Source of the DNA: a virus
Lineage: Duplodnaviria > Caudoviricetes
IMG/VR virus record: IMGVR_UViG_2974764813_000001
Coordinates: 64,001 to 128,000 of that record
Reading direction: 5' to 3' (one strand)
Length of the DNA stretch: 64,000 bases
Within the stretch, counting starts at the first letter, position 1. Each line of letters opens with the position of its first letter. The notes beneath the pieces were generated by a model. It saw nothing but the letters and a program-made list of their open reading frames with translations. It ran no database searches and was not told the DNA's origin. Made by a program: the position numbers and the translations under genes. This document shows positions 46,013-56,545 of this stretch, in pieces.

Positions 46013-46161
46013 ACGTCATCGTGGTGGTGCCGATGCACCGACGGTCGCTGGCCCCCGACAAGGTCGCCGAGGCGATGGAGTTCATGCTCAATGCCCACGT
46101 GCTCACCGTGACGGTCGTCGACCACGACGGCGAGGTGCTCACCTACGAGGCGGGCGCATGA
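46009..46161 (+). CDS. Small hypothetical protein
   Basis: ATGA overlaps. Confidence 0.55.
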   Translation: MNVIVVVPMHRRSLAPDKVAEAMEFMLNAHVLTVTVVDHDGEVLTYEAGA

Positions 46162-46505
46162 ACCGCAGCCACACCGAGCGCCGCCGCCTGGTGGTGGCGA
46201 TGACCCGCGACGGGCACTCGATCCGCGAGATCGCCGAGGTCCTCGACCTCACCCCGCGCAGCGTGCAGCGCCACCGCCACGACGCTGGGATCACCCGCCC
46301 GCCCAACAACGACCCGCTCACCGCCGAGGAGTGCGCCACCGCGCGCGCCCTGCTCGAAGACGGCGCCAGCTACCGCGAGGTCGCGCGCACCCTGGGCCGC
46401 TCGGCGGTCACCCTGCGCCGCCGCCTGCCCGGCTACGGCTGGGACCGCGAGCAGTTGCTGGACTACCTGACCACCACCAAGCCCCTGGAAGGAGCCCTGG
46501 CATGA
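46158..46505 (+). CDS. Tandem HTH DNA-binding protein
   Basis: GHSIREIAEVLDLTPRSVQR; GASYREVARTLG...PGYGW. Confidence 0.85.
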   Translation: MNRSHTERRRLVVAMTRDGHSIREIAEVLDLTPRSVQRHRHDAGITRPPNNDPLTAEECATARALLEDGASYREVARTLGRSAVTLRRRLPGYGWDREQLLDYLTTTKPLEGALA

Positions 46506-46702
46506 CCCAGCCCCGCATCCGCATCGAGACCACGGTGCGCTTCGAGAACATCGACGGCCTCGCCGAGCACAGCCCGCTGTGCACCAACGCCTACCGCGAC
46601 TTCGACGACCCCGACAAGGTGCTCGACGTGCTGGGGGCGTTGTTCGACGGGGCGCGCGAGGCCACCCTCAAATCCACCGCGGTGCGCAGGGGCAAGTCGT
46701 GA
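46502..46702 (+). CDS. Small hypothetical protein
   Basis: ATGA overlap; RBS AAGGAG. Confidence 0.55.
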   Translation: MTQPRIRIETTVRFENIDGLAEHSPLCTNAYRDFDDPDKVLDVLGALFDGAREATLKSTAVRRGKS

Positions 46703-47055
46703 TCCTGACCGCCGAGCAGATCCGCGCGGCCAACACCTGCCCGGACTGCGCCAAGCGCCAGGTCGACGTGGACGTCTGCGAGGACTTCACCGCCCTGCAC
46801 GACGCGGTGTGGCGCAAGTTCGGCTTCTGCGCCTGCGCGCTGGCCGAGCACCTCGAGGGCACCTACCCGCGGGTGATCATCGAGGTGCTGCACGACCCCG
46901 GCTGCCCGCGCATCGAGCAGGAGTTCCCCGGCCTGTGGGAGGCCCAGATCCACCCGCTGGACCTGCCCGCCGAGCACCCCTGGGTGCTCAAGGCCATCGC
47001 CCGCGGCGTGCTCGACCCCGCCGACACCCTGCCCCCGCCGGAGAACACGCGATGA
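46699..47055 (+). CDS. Cys/His hypothetical protein
   Basis: CPDC...HDPGCP. Confidence 0.6.
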   Translation: MILTAEQIRAANTCPDCAKRQVDVDVCEDFTALHDAVWRKFGFCACALAEHLEGTYPRVIIEVLHDPGCPRIEQEFPGLWEAQIHPLDLPAEHPWVLKAIARGVLDPADTLPPPENTR

Positions 47056-47992
47056 CCTTCTGGTGCGCCACCCTGGGCGGGTCGAATGTGCGCCGCGCGG
47101 TGCAGGTGCTGCTGGGCCGGGTGGCCGACGCGCTGGAGGTGGTCGGCGATGCCCAAGTACCACGATGACCTGTTATTGACGGTCACCGCCATTAATCAGT
47201 GGGCGGCCAGTGAGGATCGGCGGGTGTTCGCCGCCGGTGGCCGGGTGGAGTCCTCGCGTGCCGCGTTCAGACGGGCCATGTCCCGACTGATCGACGATCT
47301 CGAGCACCAGATTTTCGGAGGACCCTGATGAAGAAGCTGCACCGCGCGCTGCACCTGTGTATCGCCGCGCTCTACGTCGCGATGATGGTCGCGCTGCTGA
47401 TGAACGCCGTCGCGCTGGGCACCATCCTGCTCCTGCTCGTGCTCGGCGGCATCGCCGCGCTCTACGTCCTCGACCGGCGCCTGAGCGCCGACGGGTGCAC
47501 CAGGGAGCGCCCATGAAAGGGCGGCGGTTGTGGCGCTGGGAGCGTGACTGGTGATCACCTGCCCGTTCTGCGGCCGTCGCTACGGCACCCCGCGCGAGTC
47601 CAGGGTGCACCTGTTGGCCTTCACCGCGGCCAAGGAGCGTTGCGACGAGTTCCCGCCTGCCCACGAGTACCGGCGCTACCGCTACGGGAGGCCGCTGCCG
47701 TGCTGATGCCCTACTGCAACGGCCGCCCGCTCATCCAGCTCATCCCCGTCGAGGTCGACGACGACGCCGACTGGGTGCGCAACAAGGCCGGGCGCTGGCA
47801 CCCCGAGCACGGCTGGGTCTACCACGACGAGGTCCCGCTGCCGTGAGACGCCTGCACGCCTGGGCCGAGGACCACCCGTGGTGGCACCGGCTGTGCGCGC
47901 ACCGCGTCGAACGCGGCTACACCGAGCTGCTCTACGCGCGGCTGCGCACCTGGCGCGCGTTCTGCCACACCTGCGACATCGCCTGGGACTGA
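47052..47992 (+). other. Run of very small coupled ORFs (47052-47168, 47149-47328, 47328-47516 TM, 47551-47706, 47706-47846, 47843-47992)
   Basis: Chained ATGA/GTGA/TGATG overlaps; individual calls uncertain. Confidence 0.45.
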
Positions 47993-47995
47993 GCG

Positions 47996-48060
47996 CCTGT
48001 CGCCGCAGGTGTCCCCGACCGGAATAGGGGAAGGGGCAGCACCGGACGAGGGACTGAGGC
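47996..48060 (+). promoter_or_regulatory. Putative late promoter CCTGTC-N21-AATAGGGGA with imperfect RBS-occluding hairpin
   Basis: Same spacing as 58817-58852; GTCCC/GGGAC and CCGG/CCGG arms. Confidence 0.55.
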
Positions 48061-50916
48061 ATGGCGCGCAAACTGCTGGGCACCGCCGCGAGCAGCGACC
48101 CGGACGCGGTCACCAAGAAGGTGCTCGACGCCGCGGTCGCCGACGTGGAGGCCGGAGCGGGGCTGTCCGAGGACGACATCGTCGCGTTCCTCGACGACGA
48201 GAACTCCGAGCTGCGCCAGGCCCTCGACGCGCTCTACGAGGACGGCGGCTCCGGCGGGGGCGGCACCTGGGGCACCATCGTCGGGGATCTGGCCGACCAG
48301 ACCGACCTGGCCGCCGCGCTGGACGACAAGGCCGACGCCGATCAGCTGCCCACCGACGCCACCGTGGGGCATCTGGTCACCGTCGGACCCGACGACACCC
48401 TCGAAGACGCCGGGGTCGGCCCCGAGGACTTCGCCACCGCCGCTCAGGGCGCCAAGGCCGACACCGCGGTGCAGGCGCTGGCCGACCTGGGCATCACCAC
48501 CACCGCCGCCGAGCTCAACCACACCGCCGGGGTCACCGGGCCGATCCAGGACCAGCTCGACGCCAAGGTCCCGGCCGCGCGCACCGTCAACGGCCAGGCG
48601 CTGTCGGCCGATGTCACCCTGACCCTCGACGACGTGCCCGAGGGCACCACCAACAAGGCGTTCACCGCCACCGACCAGGCCGCGCTGGCCAGCCTGCAGA
48701 CCGGCCTGGCCGCCAAGGTCGACACCGTCGGCACCGCCAGCCGCCTCTACGCCACCGACGGCTCCGGCGCGCAGACCACCGTGCCGTACGCGAACTCCGG
48801 CACCACCTCGGGCACCGTGGTGATGCGCGGCACCGGCGGCACCATCACCGCGGGCACCCCGACGGCCACCGGCCACGCCGCCACCAAGGGCTACGTCGAC
48901 ACCGCCCTGGAGGGCAAGGCCGCCGCCACCCACACCCACACCGTGGCTGCGCTGACCGACCTGAGCGTCAGCGCCACCGAGCTCAACCAGCTCGCCGGGG
49001 TCAGCAGCCCGGTGCAGACCCAGCTCAACGGCAAGCAGGCCACCCTCGGTTTCACCCCGGAGAACGTCGCCAACCGCAACGAGCCCAACGGCTACTGCGG
49101 CCTGGACGAGGCCGGGCGCATCTCCCCGGCGCAGCTGCCCAGCTACGTCGACGACGTGCTGGAGGTCGACACCTTCGACGACCTGGACAATCCCGGCGAG
49201 CCCGGCAAGATCTACATCACCGTCGACACCAATGAGGTGTGGCGCTGGTCGGGCTCGGGCTACATGCAGATCGTCGGCTCGCCGGGCACCACCGATGAGA
49301 TCGCCGAGGGCAGCACCAACCGCTACTTCACCGCCGAGCGCGCGGTGGCCGCCCTGGGCGCGCTGACTGCCAGCGACAACCAGATCCTGCAGCGCAAGTC
49401 CGGCGCGCTGACCGCGCGCACCCCCGCCGAGTTCAAGACCGACCTCGCCCTGGTGGCCGCCGACATCGGCTCGGGCACCTTCGACGCCGCGCGCATCCCC
49501 GGCGGGACCACCGGCAAGGCGGTGCTGGCCAGTGCCACCCCCGAGGCCGCCCTCACCGCGCTGCAGCCCGATCTGGACAACAAGATCTACGGCATCATCG
49601 ACTTCTACGCCACCGAGGAAACCGCGACCTTCGCCAACAAGATCCTCTCCGGCGCCACCAACACCTTCACCGACATCAGCGCCGACGCGCTGGTCGACGG
49701 CGCCACCAACAAGGTGTTCACCACCGCGGAGAAGACCAAGCTGGGCACGGTCGCGACCAACGCGGATGTCACCAACGCCGCCAGCGTGGACGCCGCGGGT
49801 GCGGTGATGAACACCGACACCTCCACCGCCGCCATGGCCTTCGTGCTCGACGAGGACGACCTGGCCAGCGACTCGGCGACCAAGGTGCCCACCCAGCAGT
49901 CGGTGAAGGCCTACGTCGACGCCCACGCCAGCGCCGGGGGCGGGATGCGGGTGCTGTACTACAGCGACGACGACGGCTGGCCGGACCGCCCCGACGACGA
50001 CACCCCGACGTTGTTCCTCGGCGGCACCGAGGACACCCCGCCCACCGACGTCGATGTGCACGCCGGGGACGTGTGGATCGCCGACGGCGAGGTGGCCTCG
50101 GCGCTGGCCGACCTCACCGACGTCGTCGTCGGCGACCCGCAGCCTCTGGATCTGCTGGCCTATTCCGGGGAGGCGGGCTGGGCCAATACGCCGCGCGAGG
50201 AGCTCGGGCTGGCGATGCAGACCGTCGTCACGGTGGCCACCGAGGACACCGAGGTCGAGGTCGACCGTCACGTGCTGGCACTGACCTTCGACTCCGAGGG
50301 CTTCACCCTCACCCTGCCCGCGCAGCCGCGCGTCGGCGCGCGGGTGAAGATCACCAACTTCCTCTCAGCCGGGCCGGTCCACGTCGCCGCCGGTGACGGG
50401 GATCTGATCGCCACCGACCTGTTCGACCCGGTGGTCCTGGCCACCAACGTGGTGCCCAAGCAGCACGACAGCATCACCCTGTACTACATCCAGGCGCCCG
50501 CCGAGGGCGACGACGGCCCGGAGCCGGGCCAGTGGTTCGTCGAAGACGTCATTCTCGCCCCGTCGACCGACCCGAAGGTCTCGGTGATCGAGACCCTGGT
50601 CGGGGGCACCACCGCCCAGTGGAACACCTCCGGCGGCCTGGAGATCGCCCGCCTGCACAATCCCACCCAGTCGTCGTGCACGATCAACCTCACCACCGAC
50701 CCCGGCGCCACCGTGCCGCACGGGCAGCGCGTCACCCTGGAGTTCTACCGGGCCGCCGGGGCGCTGACCCTGTCCTGGCCCACCCAGTTCCTCGCCTCCG
50801 GCGTGGCGCAGCTGCCGACCACGGTGCCCGCGGGCAAGACCGTGCGCGTCGGGGTGATGTATGACGCCTACGTCGAGAAGTGGGTCGCCATGGCCGCAGA
50901 CCCCGTGGGGTACTGA
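48061..50916 (+). CDS. Fibre-like virion protein
   Basis: 951 aa, Ala/Thr-rich; ELN..GV...QxQL repeats, RTVNGQALSADVTL, HAATKGYVD, QLPSYVDDV, SDSATKVPTQQSVKAYVD. Confidence 0.8.
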   Translation: MARKLLGTAASSDPDAVTKKVLDAAVADVEAGAGLSEDDIVAFLDDENSELRQALDALYEDGGSGGGGTWGTIVGDLADQTDLAAALDDKADADQLPTDATVGHLVTVGPDDTLEDAGVGPEDFATAAQGAKADTAVQALADLGITTTAAELNHTAGVTGPIQDQLDAKVPAARTVNGQALSADVTLTLDDVPEGTTNKAFTATDQAALASLQTGLAAKVDTVGTASRLYATDGSGAQTTVPYANSGTTSGTVVMRGTGGTITAGTPTATGHAATKGYVDTALEGKAAATHTHTVAALTDLSVSATELNQLAGVSSPVQTQLNGKQATLGFTPENVANRNEPNGYCGLDEAGRISPAQLPSYVDDVLEVDTFDDLDNPGEPGKIYITVDTNEVWRWSGSGYMQIVGSPGTTDEIAEGSTNRYFTAERAVAALGALTASDNQILQRKSGALTARTPAEFKTDLALVAADIGSGTFDAARIPGGTTGKAVLASATPEAALTALQPDLDNKIYGIIDFYATEETATFANKILSGATNTFTDISADALVDGATNKVFTTAEKTKLGTVATNADVTNAASVDAAGAVMNTDTSTAAMAFVLDEDDLASDSATKVPTQQSVKAYVDAHASAGGGMRVLYYSDDDGWPDRPDDDTPTLFLGGTEDTPPTDVDVHAGDVWIADGEVASALADLTDVVVGDPQPLDLLAYSGEAGWANTPREELGLAMQTVVTVATEDTEVEVDRHVLALTFDSEGFTLTLPAQPRVGARVKITNFLSAGPVHVAAGDGDLIATDLFDPVVLATNVVPKQHDSITLYYIQAPAEGDDGPEPGQWFVEDVILAPSTDPKVSVIETLVGGTTAQWNTSGGLEIARLHNPTQSSCTINLTTDPGATVPHGQRVTLEFYRAAGALTLSWPTQFLASGVAQLPTTVPAGKTVRVGVMYDAYVEKWVAMAADPVGY

Positions 50917-51800
50917 TGGGCCAGCAGGTTCGGATCTTCGACGGCACGAGCTGGCGTACCGCGCGGGCGTCGACCCGCCGCAACGCGCTGTGGGTGCCCG
51001 GTGCGGCCAGGGTGCTGCACGGGCCGGTGCCGGTCATCCGGGCGCTGCCGATTGACTCCGAGGAAGCCTGGGGCCTGCCCAGCATCGCCCAGGGCATCCA
51101 GGCGCTGTCGATCCCCAGCGCCGAAGCCTGGGGCACCCCGACGGTGGTGCCCGGCCCGGTCAGCATCGCCGCGCTGTCGATCCCCAGCGCCGAAGAGTGG
51201 GGCCTGGCCAGGGTGCGCAACCCGCACGACGCCGAGCTCACCACCTATGCCACCGCGGGCACCTACGTCTACAACATCCCGCCCTGGTGCACCCACATCG
51301 ACGGGGTCCTGCTGGGCGGCGGTGGCGGCGGCCGCGAAGGCAACGGCGCTATCCCCCAGACCGGCAACGGCGGCGGGCCCGGCGTCTACGTCACCTTCAC
51401 CTGGTTCCGCGGGGTGGACATCCCGTGGGAGGTCACCACCCTGGTCATCGTGGTCGGCGCCGGAGGTCCCGCAGGCGCCAAAGGCGCAGGCGATGTCACC
51501 ACCTCCAGCCGCGGCGGCGAGACCACCATCAGCGTCAACGGCACCGTGATGCGCACCGCCACCGGTGGCAACGGCGGCTCGGGCACCAACGGCACCGTGG
51601 GCCAGTCGCCGGGCAACCGCAGCTACCAGGGCATCGAGGCCATCGGTGGGGCGACCGCGCCCTCGGGCTCGGGCCGCACCGTGGGCAACCCGCCCGGCGG
51701 CGGCGGTGGTGGTGGTGCGGGCGGCATCTTCAACGGACAGACGGCCGGAATGGCGGGCGCGGCGGGCTGCGCCTGGCTGCAGGCACGACGAGTGGTTTAG
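50916..51800 (+). CDS. Glycine-rich minor tail protein
   Basis: Three IxSxExWG repeats; YNIPPWC..ID.VLLGGGGGG; GNPPGGGGGGG. Confidence 0.82.
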   Translation: MGQQVRIFDGTSWRTARASTRRNALWVPGAARVLHGPVPVIRALPIDSEEAWGLPSIAQGIQALSIPSAEAWGTPTVVPGPVSIAALSIPSAEEWGLARVRNPHDAELTTYATAGTYVYNIPPWCTHIDGVLLGGGGGGREGNGAIPQTGNGGGPGVYVTFTWFRGVDIPWEVTTLVIVVGAGGPAGAKGAGDVTTSSRGGETTISVNGTVMRTATGGNGGSGTNGTVGQSPGNRSYQGIEAIGGATAPSGSGRTVGNPPGGGGGGGAGGIFNGQTAGMAGAAGCAWLQARRVV

Positions 51801-51818
51801 GGACAGGAGCACACAACC

Positions 51819-52232
51819 ATGGCCAATGCGCTGTACGACCTCGGACGCGAGGCGTTCCTCAACGGCGAGATCAGCTGGCGTGACCACGTCATCAAGGCGG
51901 TGCTCATCGACACCGACGCCTACACGGTGAACCTGGCCACCCACCAGTACCTGTCGGCCATCGGCTCGGGGGCGCAGATCGCCATCTCCCCGGCGCTGAC
52001 CAGCAAGACCTGGGCGGCCGGGGTGGCCGGGGCGGCGAATCTGACCTTCCCGGCGCCGGTGACCGGACCGACCGGGGAGGCGCTGGCGCTGTTCTGCGAC
52101 ACCGGCACGGCCTCGACCAGCCCGCTGATCGGTTACGTGGACACGGTGGCCTCCGGCCTGCCGGTCACCCCCAACGGCGGGCCCATCGTCATCGAGTGGT
52201 CCACCGGGTCCAACAAGATCTTCAAGCTCTGA
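51819..52232 (+). CDS. Small virion structural (tail/fibre-associated) protein
   Basis: MANALY..GREAFL...LPVTPNGG..I.W...NKIFKL. Confidence 0.72.
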   Translation: MANALYDLGREAFLNGEISWRDHVIKAVLIDTDAYTVNLATHQYLSAIGSGAQIAISPALTSKTWAAGVAGAANLTFPAPVTGPTGEALALFCDTGTASTSPLIGYVDTVASGLPVTPNGGPIVIEWSTGSNKIFKL

Positions 52233-52242
52233 GGGGCGCGCT

Positions 52243-54018
52243 GTGGCGATCACACGGGTGGGTGCCACCTCGGCGACCGGCACCACGGCCTCCCTGCCCG
52301 CCGGGGTGCAGGCTGGGGATCTCATCGTCGTGGTGGCCTGGCGCAACAACAGCACCTCTGCACCGGCGGTACCGGCGGGCTACGCCGCCTACGGCCCGAT
52401 TGCGGGGCCCACGTGCTCGATGGTCGCGGGGATCAAGCTCGCCTCCGGCCCGTCGGACACCGTGGGCACCTGGTCTCCGGCCACCGGCGTGGTCGTGCAC
52501 GTCTACCGCGGGGGCATCGGCATCCTCGGCATCTCCAATACCGGCACCAGTGCGTTGATGGGCTTCATCAGCTCCTCGGTGCTCTCGCCGAACAGCTCGT
52601 GGGTGATGCGGGTGGGCGCGCACCGCACCGCCACCAACCTGGTCAACGGCGACCTCAGCGACCGCTACGAGTTCGTCACCGGTGTGACCAATCAGCTGGT
52701 CTCCTACGACACCGCCGGGCCGATCACCTCCGGCAGCACTGGGGCCAACAACCAGGCTGTCAATGCCAGCAGCGGCTGGATCACCTTGACCATCGAGATC
52801 GTGGAGGCCGGGCAGGACATCTCCACCGGCCTGGTCGACACCTTCGACGAGGCCTTCACCCTCGAGGACATCACGACGCTGGCGAAGTGGCGCAAGGCCG
52901 TGGGCACCGGCGAGAGCTACGCCAGGATGCACCAGGGCTATCTCGACACCTACGCCGACGGCACCCTCAACGGCACCACGGTGGTCTGGAGCCAGTCGCA
53001 CTACAGCGTGCAGGGCACGCGGTGCTACGTGCGGCCCCGCTCGATGAACGGCGGCCAGCCGCTGTGGGGGCTGCAGGAGAGCGAGGCCGACCTCTCCCGC
53101 GGCGCGTACTGGGGCTGGTCGGGTCTGGGTATGTTCGCCGGGTACGGCCAGTGGACGCAGGTTCGGTTCGGCTTCAACAACCTCGACGTGCGGTTCTCCA
53201 GCGGCATCGCCCTGGGCATCGCACCGCCGCTGCTGTCGATCCGCGAGTCCGGCGGCACCGTGTACTGGGAGTACTCCAGCGACAGCGGGGCGACCTGGAC
53301 CGAGGTGGGCTCGGCGCCCACGGCCACGGTGTTCCCCGAGTGGTCGGGGCGCCGGGTCAAGGCCGTGATTGGGGTCGGCCGTCAGACCAGCGGCGATGCG
53401 GGTCTGAGCCGGTGGGACAACTTCAACACCACTCAGACGTTCACCCGCGGCCTGAAGGCCAAAGACTTCTCCGACCCCTTCAACGAGCCGACGCTCAACC
53501 CCGACCGCTGGCTGCAGTACCCGAACTCGGAGCCGGTGGCGATCATCGACGGCGAGCTGCAGATCACCGGGGGCAGCGGGGTCTACTCCACCGCGCTGGA
53601 CATGGACGAGGGAGAACTGCGCTTCCAGGTCACCAAGGCGAGCTGGGGCGGGGAGCTGTTCAGCGAGGTCTTCGTGAGCCTGGCGGGAGCACTGTTGTCC
53701 CCGCCGCTGATCGTGTTCGACATGAACTCGATGACCGCACGGGTGCAGTTCGACGTGACCGAGGACTACGTCGGGCCGTTCGACTACGTCGAGGGGGACT
53801 GGTTCCGCTTCAGAGAGGTGTCCAACACGCTCTACATCGAGCAGTCCAGCGACGGGCACGAGTGGACCACGCTGGGCAGCACCACCCTGGCCTACGTCAT
53901 CGCCAACCTGTCCCGCACTCGGCTGTGGATCATCCCGTTCACTGACGGGCCGGTGGACTTCCGGCTGGACAACTTCAACGCCTCCGGCAGTGCGGGACAG
54001 TTCTTTTTCCTGTTCTGA
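52243..54018 (+). CDS. Minor tail/receptor-binding protein with two lectin-like beta-sandwich repeats
   Basis: LPAGVQAGDLIVV; duplicated (I/F)RE....Y.E.SSD...WT..GS. Confidence 0.72.
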   Translation: MAITRVGATSATGTTASLPAGVQAGDLIVVVAWRNNSTSAPAVPAGYAAYGPIAGPTCSMVAGIKLASGPSDTVGTWSPATGVVVHVYRGGIGILGISNTGTSALMGFISSSVLSPNSSWVMRVGAHRTATNLVNGDLSDRYEFVTGVTNQLVSYDTAGPITSGSTGANNQAVNASSGWITLTIEIVEAGQDISTGLVDTFDEAFTLEDITTLAKWRKAVGTGESYARMHQGYLDTYADGTLNGTTVVWSQSHYSVQGTRCYVRPRSMNGGQPLWGLQESEADLSRGAYWGWSGLGMFAGYGQWTQVRFGFNNLDVRFSSGIALGIAPPLLSIRESGGTVYWEYSSDSGATWTEVGSAPTATVFPEWSGRRVKAVIGVGRQTSGDAGLSRWDNFNTTQTFTRGLKAKDFSDPFNEPTLNPDRWLQYPNSEPVAIIDGELQITGGSGVYSTALDMDEGELRFQVTKASWGGELFSEVFVSLAGALLSPPLIVFDMNSMTARVQFDVTEDYVGPFDYVEGDWFRFREVSNTLYIEQSSDGHEWTTLGSTTLAYVIANLSRTRLWIIPFTDGPVDFRLDNFNASGSAGQFFFLF

Positions 54019-54076
54019 CCTGCTAATCTATAGCAATACTAGACAAACGCTATACCAATGGGGTACGCTAGTGTCA
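54016..54076 (+). promoter_or_regulatory. Promoter TAGACA-N18-TACGCT with phased array; leaderless start
   Basis: TGACCTGC-TAAT|CTATAGCAATA|CTAGACAAACG|CTATACCAATG ... GTC-ATG. Confidence 0.72.
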
Positions 54077-54318
54077 TGACGAACACAGCAGCCACCCCCG
54101 CCCCCGCCCTCAAGTGGACCGTCGTCCGGCCCGGCACCCACGCCAGCACCGACGGCGCCTACGTCATCGAGCGCGCCACCACCGTGACCAACGGCTGGGT
54201 CGGCGTGGAATGGCGGGTGTTCTTCCGCGGCGAGCAGGTGCGCACCGGCAGCTACCTGTCCGACGCCAAGCGCGAGGCCTCGGCGCACGCCTCCCAGTTC
54301 GCCGCCGGACTTGTCTGA
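54076..54318 (+). CDS. Hypothetical protein (leaderless)
   Basis: ATG 7 nt after -10. Confidence 0.65.
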   Translation: MTNTAATPAPALKWTVVRPGTHASTDGAYVIERATTVTNGWVGVEWRVFFRGEQVRTGSYLSDAKREASAHASQFAAGLV

Positions 54319-54360
54319 ACTGCGTTTCTAGACAAAGTCTAGACAAACGCTACTATTTCC
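54316..54360 (+). promoter_or_regulatory. Phased array/promoter (TAGACA-N16-TACTAT)
   Basis: TGAACTGC-GTTT|CTAGACAAAGT|CTAGACAAACG|CTACTATTTCC. Confidence 0.68.
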
Positions 54361-54374
54361 CCAGGAGGCACCAC

Positions 54375-54887
54375 ATGAGCGAGAAGTGCGAGAAGGCCCG
54401 CAAGGCCAACTACCTGACCGGCGCGGTGCGCGTCACCACCTGCACGTACCAGGACGGCGGCGTCGGCGTGGAGGCCAGCATGTACTTCGACGAGGGCTGC
54501 GAGGCCGAGCGCGACGCCTGGATCGCCCAGTTCCCCAAGAGCTACCGCATCCGCAGCAACACCCTCAACGGCCAGGAGCAGAACTACTACGCCGACCGCC
54601 CGTTCCCGACCGGCTTCGTCGCGGTGGACAAGGTGACCGGCGAGGAGCTCTCGGCCGAGGAGAAGAGCGCCAACCCCCGCCGCTACCAGTGGCGGCTGCC
54701 GATGGCCCAGTTCCGGGTCGTGCTGGCCGCCACCGGCGTCACCGGCGACAAGAACGAGACCGGCTACAAGCGCCTGGTGGGCTTCCTGCGCAAGCTCGAC
54801 ACCCTGGGCATCCAGTGGGAGCACGAGATGCAGCGCGTCGCCACCGAGCAGCCCACCATCGAACAGATCCTGGCGCGCTACGCATGA
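54375..54887 (+). CDS. Hypothetical protein
   Basis: RBS AGGAGG. Confidence 0.72.
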   Translation: MSEKCEKARKANYLTGAVRVTTCTYQDGGVGVEASMYFDEGCEAERDAWIAQFPKSYRIRSNTLNGQEQNYYADRPFPTGFVAVDKVTGEELSAEEKSANPRRYQWRLPMAQFRVVLAATGVTGDKNETGYKRLVGFLRKLDTLGIQWEHEMQRVATEQPTIEQILARYA

Positions 54888-55135
54888 GCATCGGAGAGGA
54901 GGTGGCGATGCTCGACATCGTCACCGGGGAGCCCACCGACGCCGGGTACGACGCCGCCGACGCCATCGAGCTGTGGCTGGAGAACCACCCCGGCAAGCAC
55001 ACCCCGAGCCGCATCGCCCGCGGGGTGCACATCGACACCAGCCAGGCCCGAGCGATCCTGTGCTGGCTCGACGAGCACGTCTACGTCGCCGCCACCGGCA
55101 ACGGCTGCTGGCGCCGCTACGGAGCGCGTCGCTGA
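54884..55135 (+). CDS. Small winged-HTH-like protein
   Basis: TPSRIARGVHIDTSQARAILCWL. Confidence 0.6.
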   Translation: MSIGEEVAMLDIVTGEPTDAGYDAADAIELWLENHPGKHTPSRIARGVHIDTSQARAILCWLDEHVYVAATGNGCWRRYGARR

Positions 55136-55193
55136 CCTGCGTATCTAGGTTAAAACTAGGCATAAACTATACGGATCTGATAGAATCGGGTCA
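55133..55193 (+). promoter_or_regulatory. Promoter TAGGCA-N18-TAGAAT with phased array
   Basis: TGACCTGC-GTAT|CTAGGTTAAAA|CTAGGCATAAA|CTATACGGATC. Confidence 0.72.
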
Positions 55194-55231
55194 TCGAGTT
55201 GAGCTACTGAAATTCCCCGCAGGAGGCCCTC

Positions 55232-55453
55232 ATGAGCAACTTCCAGTCGCGTCTGTACCGCACCGCCACCGCCCGCGCCATCGCCCAGGCCGGAGACGGC
55301 TGGGACTTGATCGGCAAGCGCTTCCAGCGGGCCCTGATCGCCGAGGAGATCCTGATCCTGGTCAACTCCCAGGACGAGGACATCCCCGACTCCACGGTGC
55401 GCGCGCTGGCCGACGACCTGATGCGCACCCTCAACGCCGAATACCGCGACTGA
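55232..55453 (+). CDS. Hypothetical protein
   Basis: RBS AGGAGG. Confidence 0.68.
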   Translation: MSNFQSRLYRTATARAIAQAGDGWDLIGKRFQRALIAEEILILVNSQDEDIPDSTVRALADDLMRTLNAEYRD

Positions 55454-55467
55454 CCCCAGGAGGACCG

Positions 55468-55575
55468 ATGACCGCACGCGACCGCTACCAGAACAAGGCC
55501 TACACCGCGCCCCGCGACAAGGCCCGCGACGAGCACGAGGCCCAGGACCTCGCCGACCGCGACGAGGAGGACTGA
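55468..55575 (+). CDS. Small charged peptide
   Basis: RBS AGGAGG. Confidence 0.5.
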   Translation: MTARDRYQNKAYTAPRDKARDEHEAQDLADRDEED

Positions 55576-55577
55576 GC

Positions 55578-55832
55578 GTGGCCCGCCTCAACCGGCTCTA
55601 CCGCACCGCCACCGAGAACGGCTGGACGCTCAAGCCCCACAACCTCTTCGACTACTGGGGCGTGATCTACACCCGCGGCGCCGAGACGCTGTGCCTGCGC
55701 TCCACCAACGGCCGCCTGACCGCCGTGCAGCACACCCGCGGCGACGGCATCGTCTTCGCCCCCAAGCGCGACAAGTTCGACACCACCCTCGAGATCCTCA
55801 CCGCCACCCCCGCACCCCAGGAGGCCCGATGA
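55578..55832 (+). CDS. Hypothetical protein
   Basis: RBS GAGGAGG. Confidence 0.62.
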   Translation: MARLNRLYRTATENGWTLKPHNLFDYWGVIYTRGAETLCLRSTNGRLTAVQHTRGDGIVFAPKRDKFDTTLEILTATPAPQEAR

Positions 55833-56152
55833 CCACATCCCTGTCCGAGAAGGTCGCCAAGCTGCTTAACCAGGCCGAGCGCGCCGGAACCGAGGCCGAG
55901 GCCCGCGCCAACGCTCTCGCCAACCAGGTGGGCCTCACCCACATCTGGCACGGCGACTACAAGGCGCCGATCTACGTGCCCTCCCAGCACCGGCGTGTGC
56001 ACTTCGACCTCGGCGCCCCCGGCGAGCACTACACCGAGATCCAGGTCGGCTTCACCGCCGACGGCCGCCTGGAGATCCAGGGCGGCCATGAGCTCAGCGT
56101 CGACATGCAGTCGTCGAATACCTTCCAGGTCCGGTTCAAGGAGCAGCGATGA
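55829..56152 (+). CDS. Hypothetical protein with DUF2786-like N-terminus
   Basis: EKVAKLLNQAE...TEAEA. Confidence 0.55.
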   Translation: MTTSLSEKVAKLLNQAERAGTEAEARANALANQVGLTHIWHGDYKAPIYVPSQHRRVHFDLGAPGEHYTEIQVGFTADGRLEIQGGHELSVDMQSSNTFQVRFKEQR

Positions 56153-56544
56153 AACTCTGGGTAGACGACGAGCGCACCCCGCCCGAAGGTGACGACTGGG
56201 TCTGGGTGCTCACCGTCAGCGACGCCATCGACGTGCTGACCAACACCGAGGTCGCCCCCGAGGTGATGAGCCTGGACTACGTGCTCAAGCGCGGCGAGAC
56301 CGCCGACGACATCCTCTACTGGCTCAAAGACCAGCCCGCCGACCGCTGGCCCACCGAGATCCTCGCGCACTCGTCGAGCGCCGCGGCCCGCGAGCTCATC
56401 ATGCAGCTGGTCGAGGACTTCCGGCGTGCAGGCCTGGCTCAAAGACAAGCTCTGACCATGGGCGATCTGCACACCGAGTGCCCGGACTGCCACGAGCGCT
56501 GGGAGGATTGCCAGTGCGACGAGAACTTCGACGAGGAGGGCTGA
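56149..56544 (+). CDS. Cyclic-phosphate-processing receiver (cREC)-like protein
   Basis: KLWVDDERTPP..DWVW...AI..L...MSLD...HSS. Confidence 0.7.
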   Translation: MKLWVDDERTPPEGDDWVWVLTVSDAIDVLTNTEVAPEVMSLDYVLKRGETADDILYWLKDQPADRWPTEILAHSSSAAARELIMQLVEDFRRAGLAQRQALTMGDLHTECPDCHERWEDCQCDENFDEEG

Positions 56545-56545
56545 C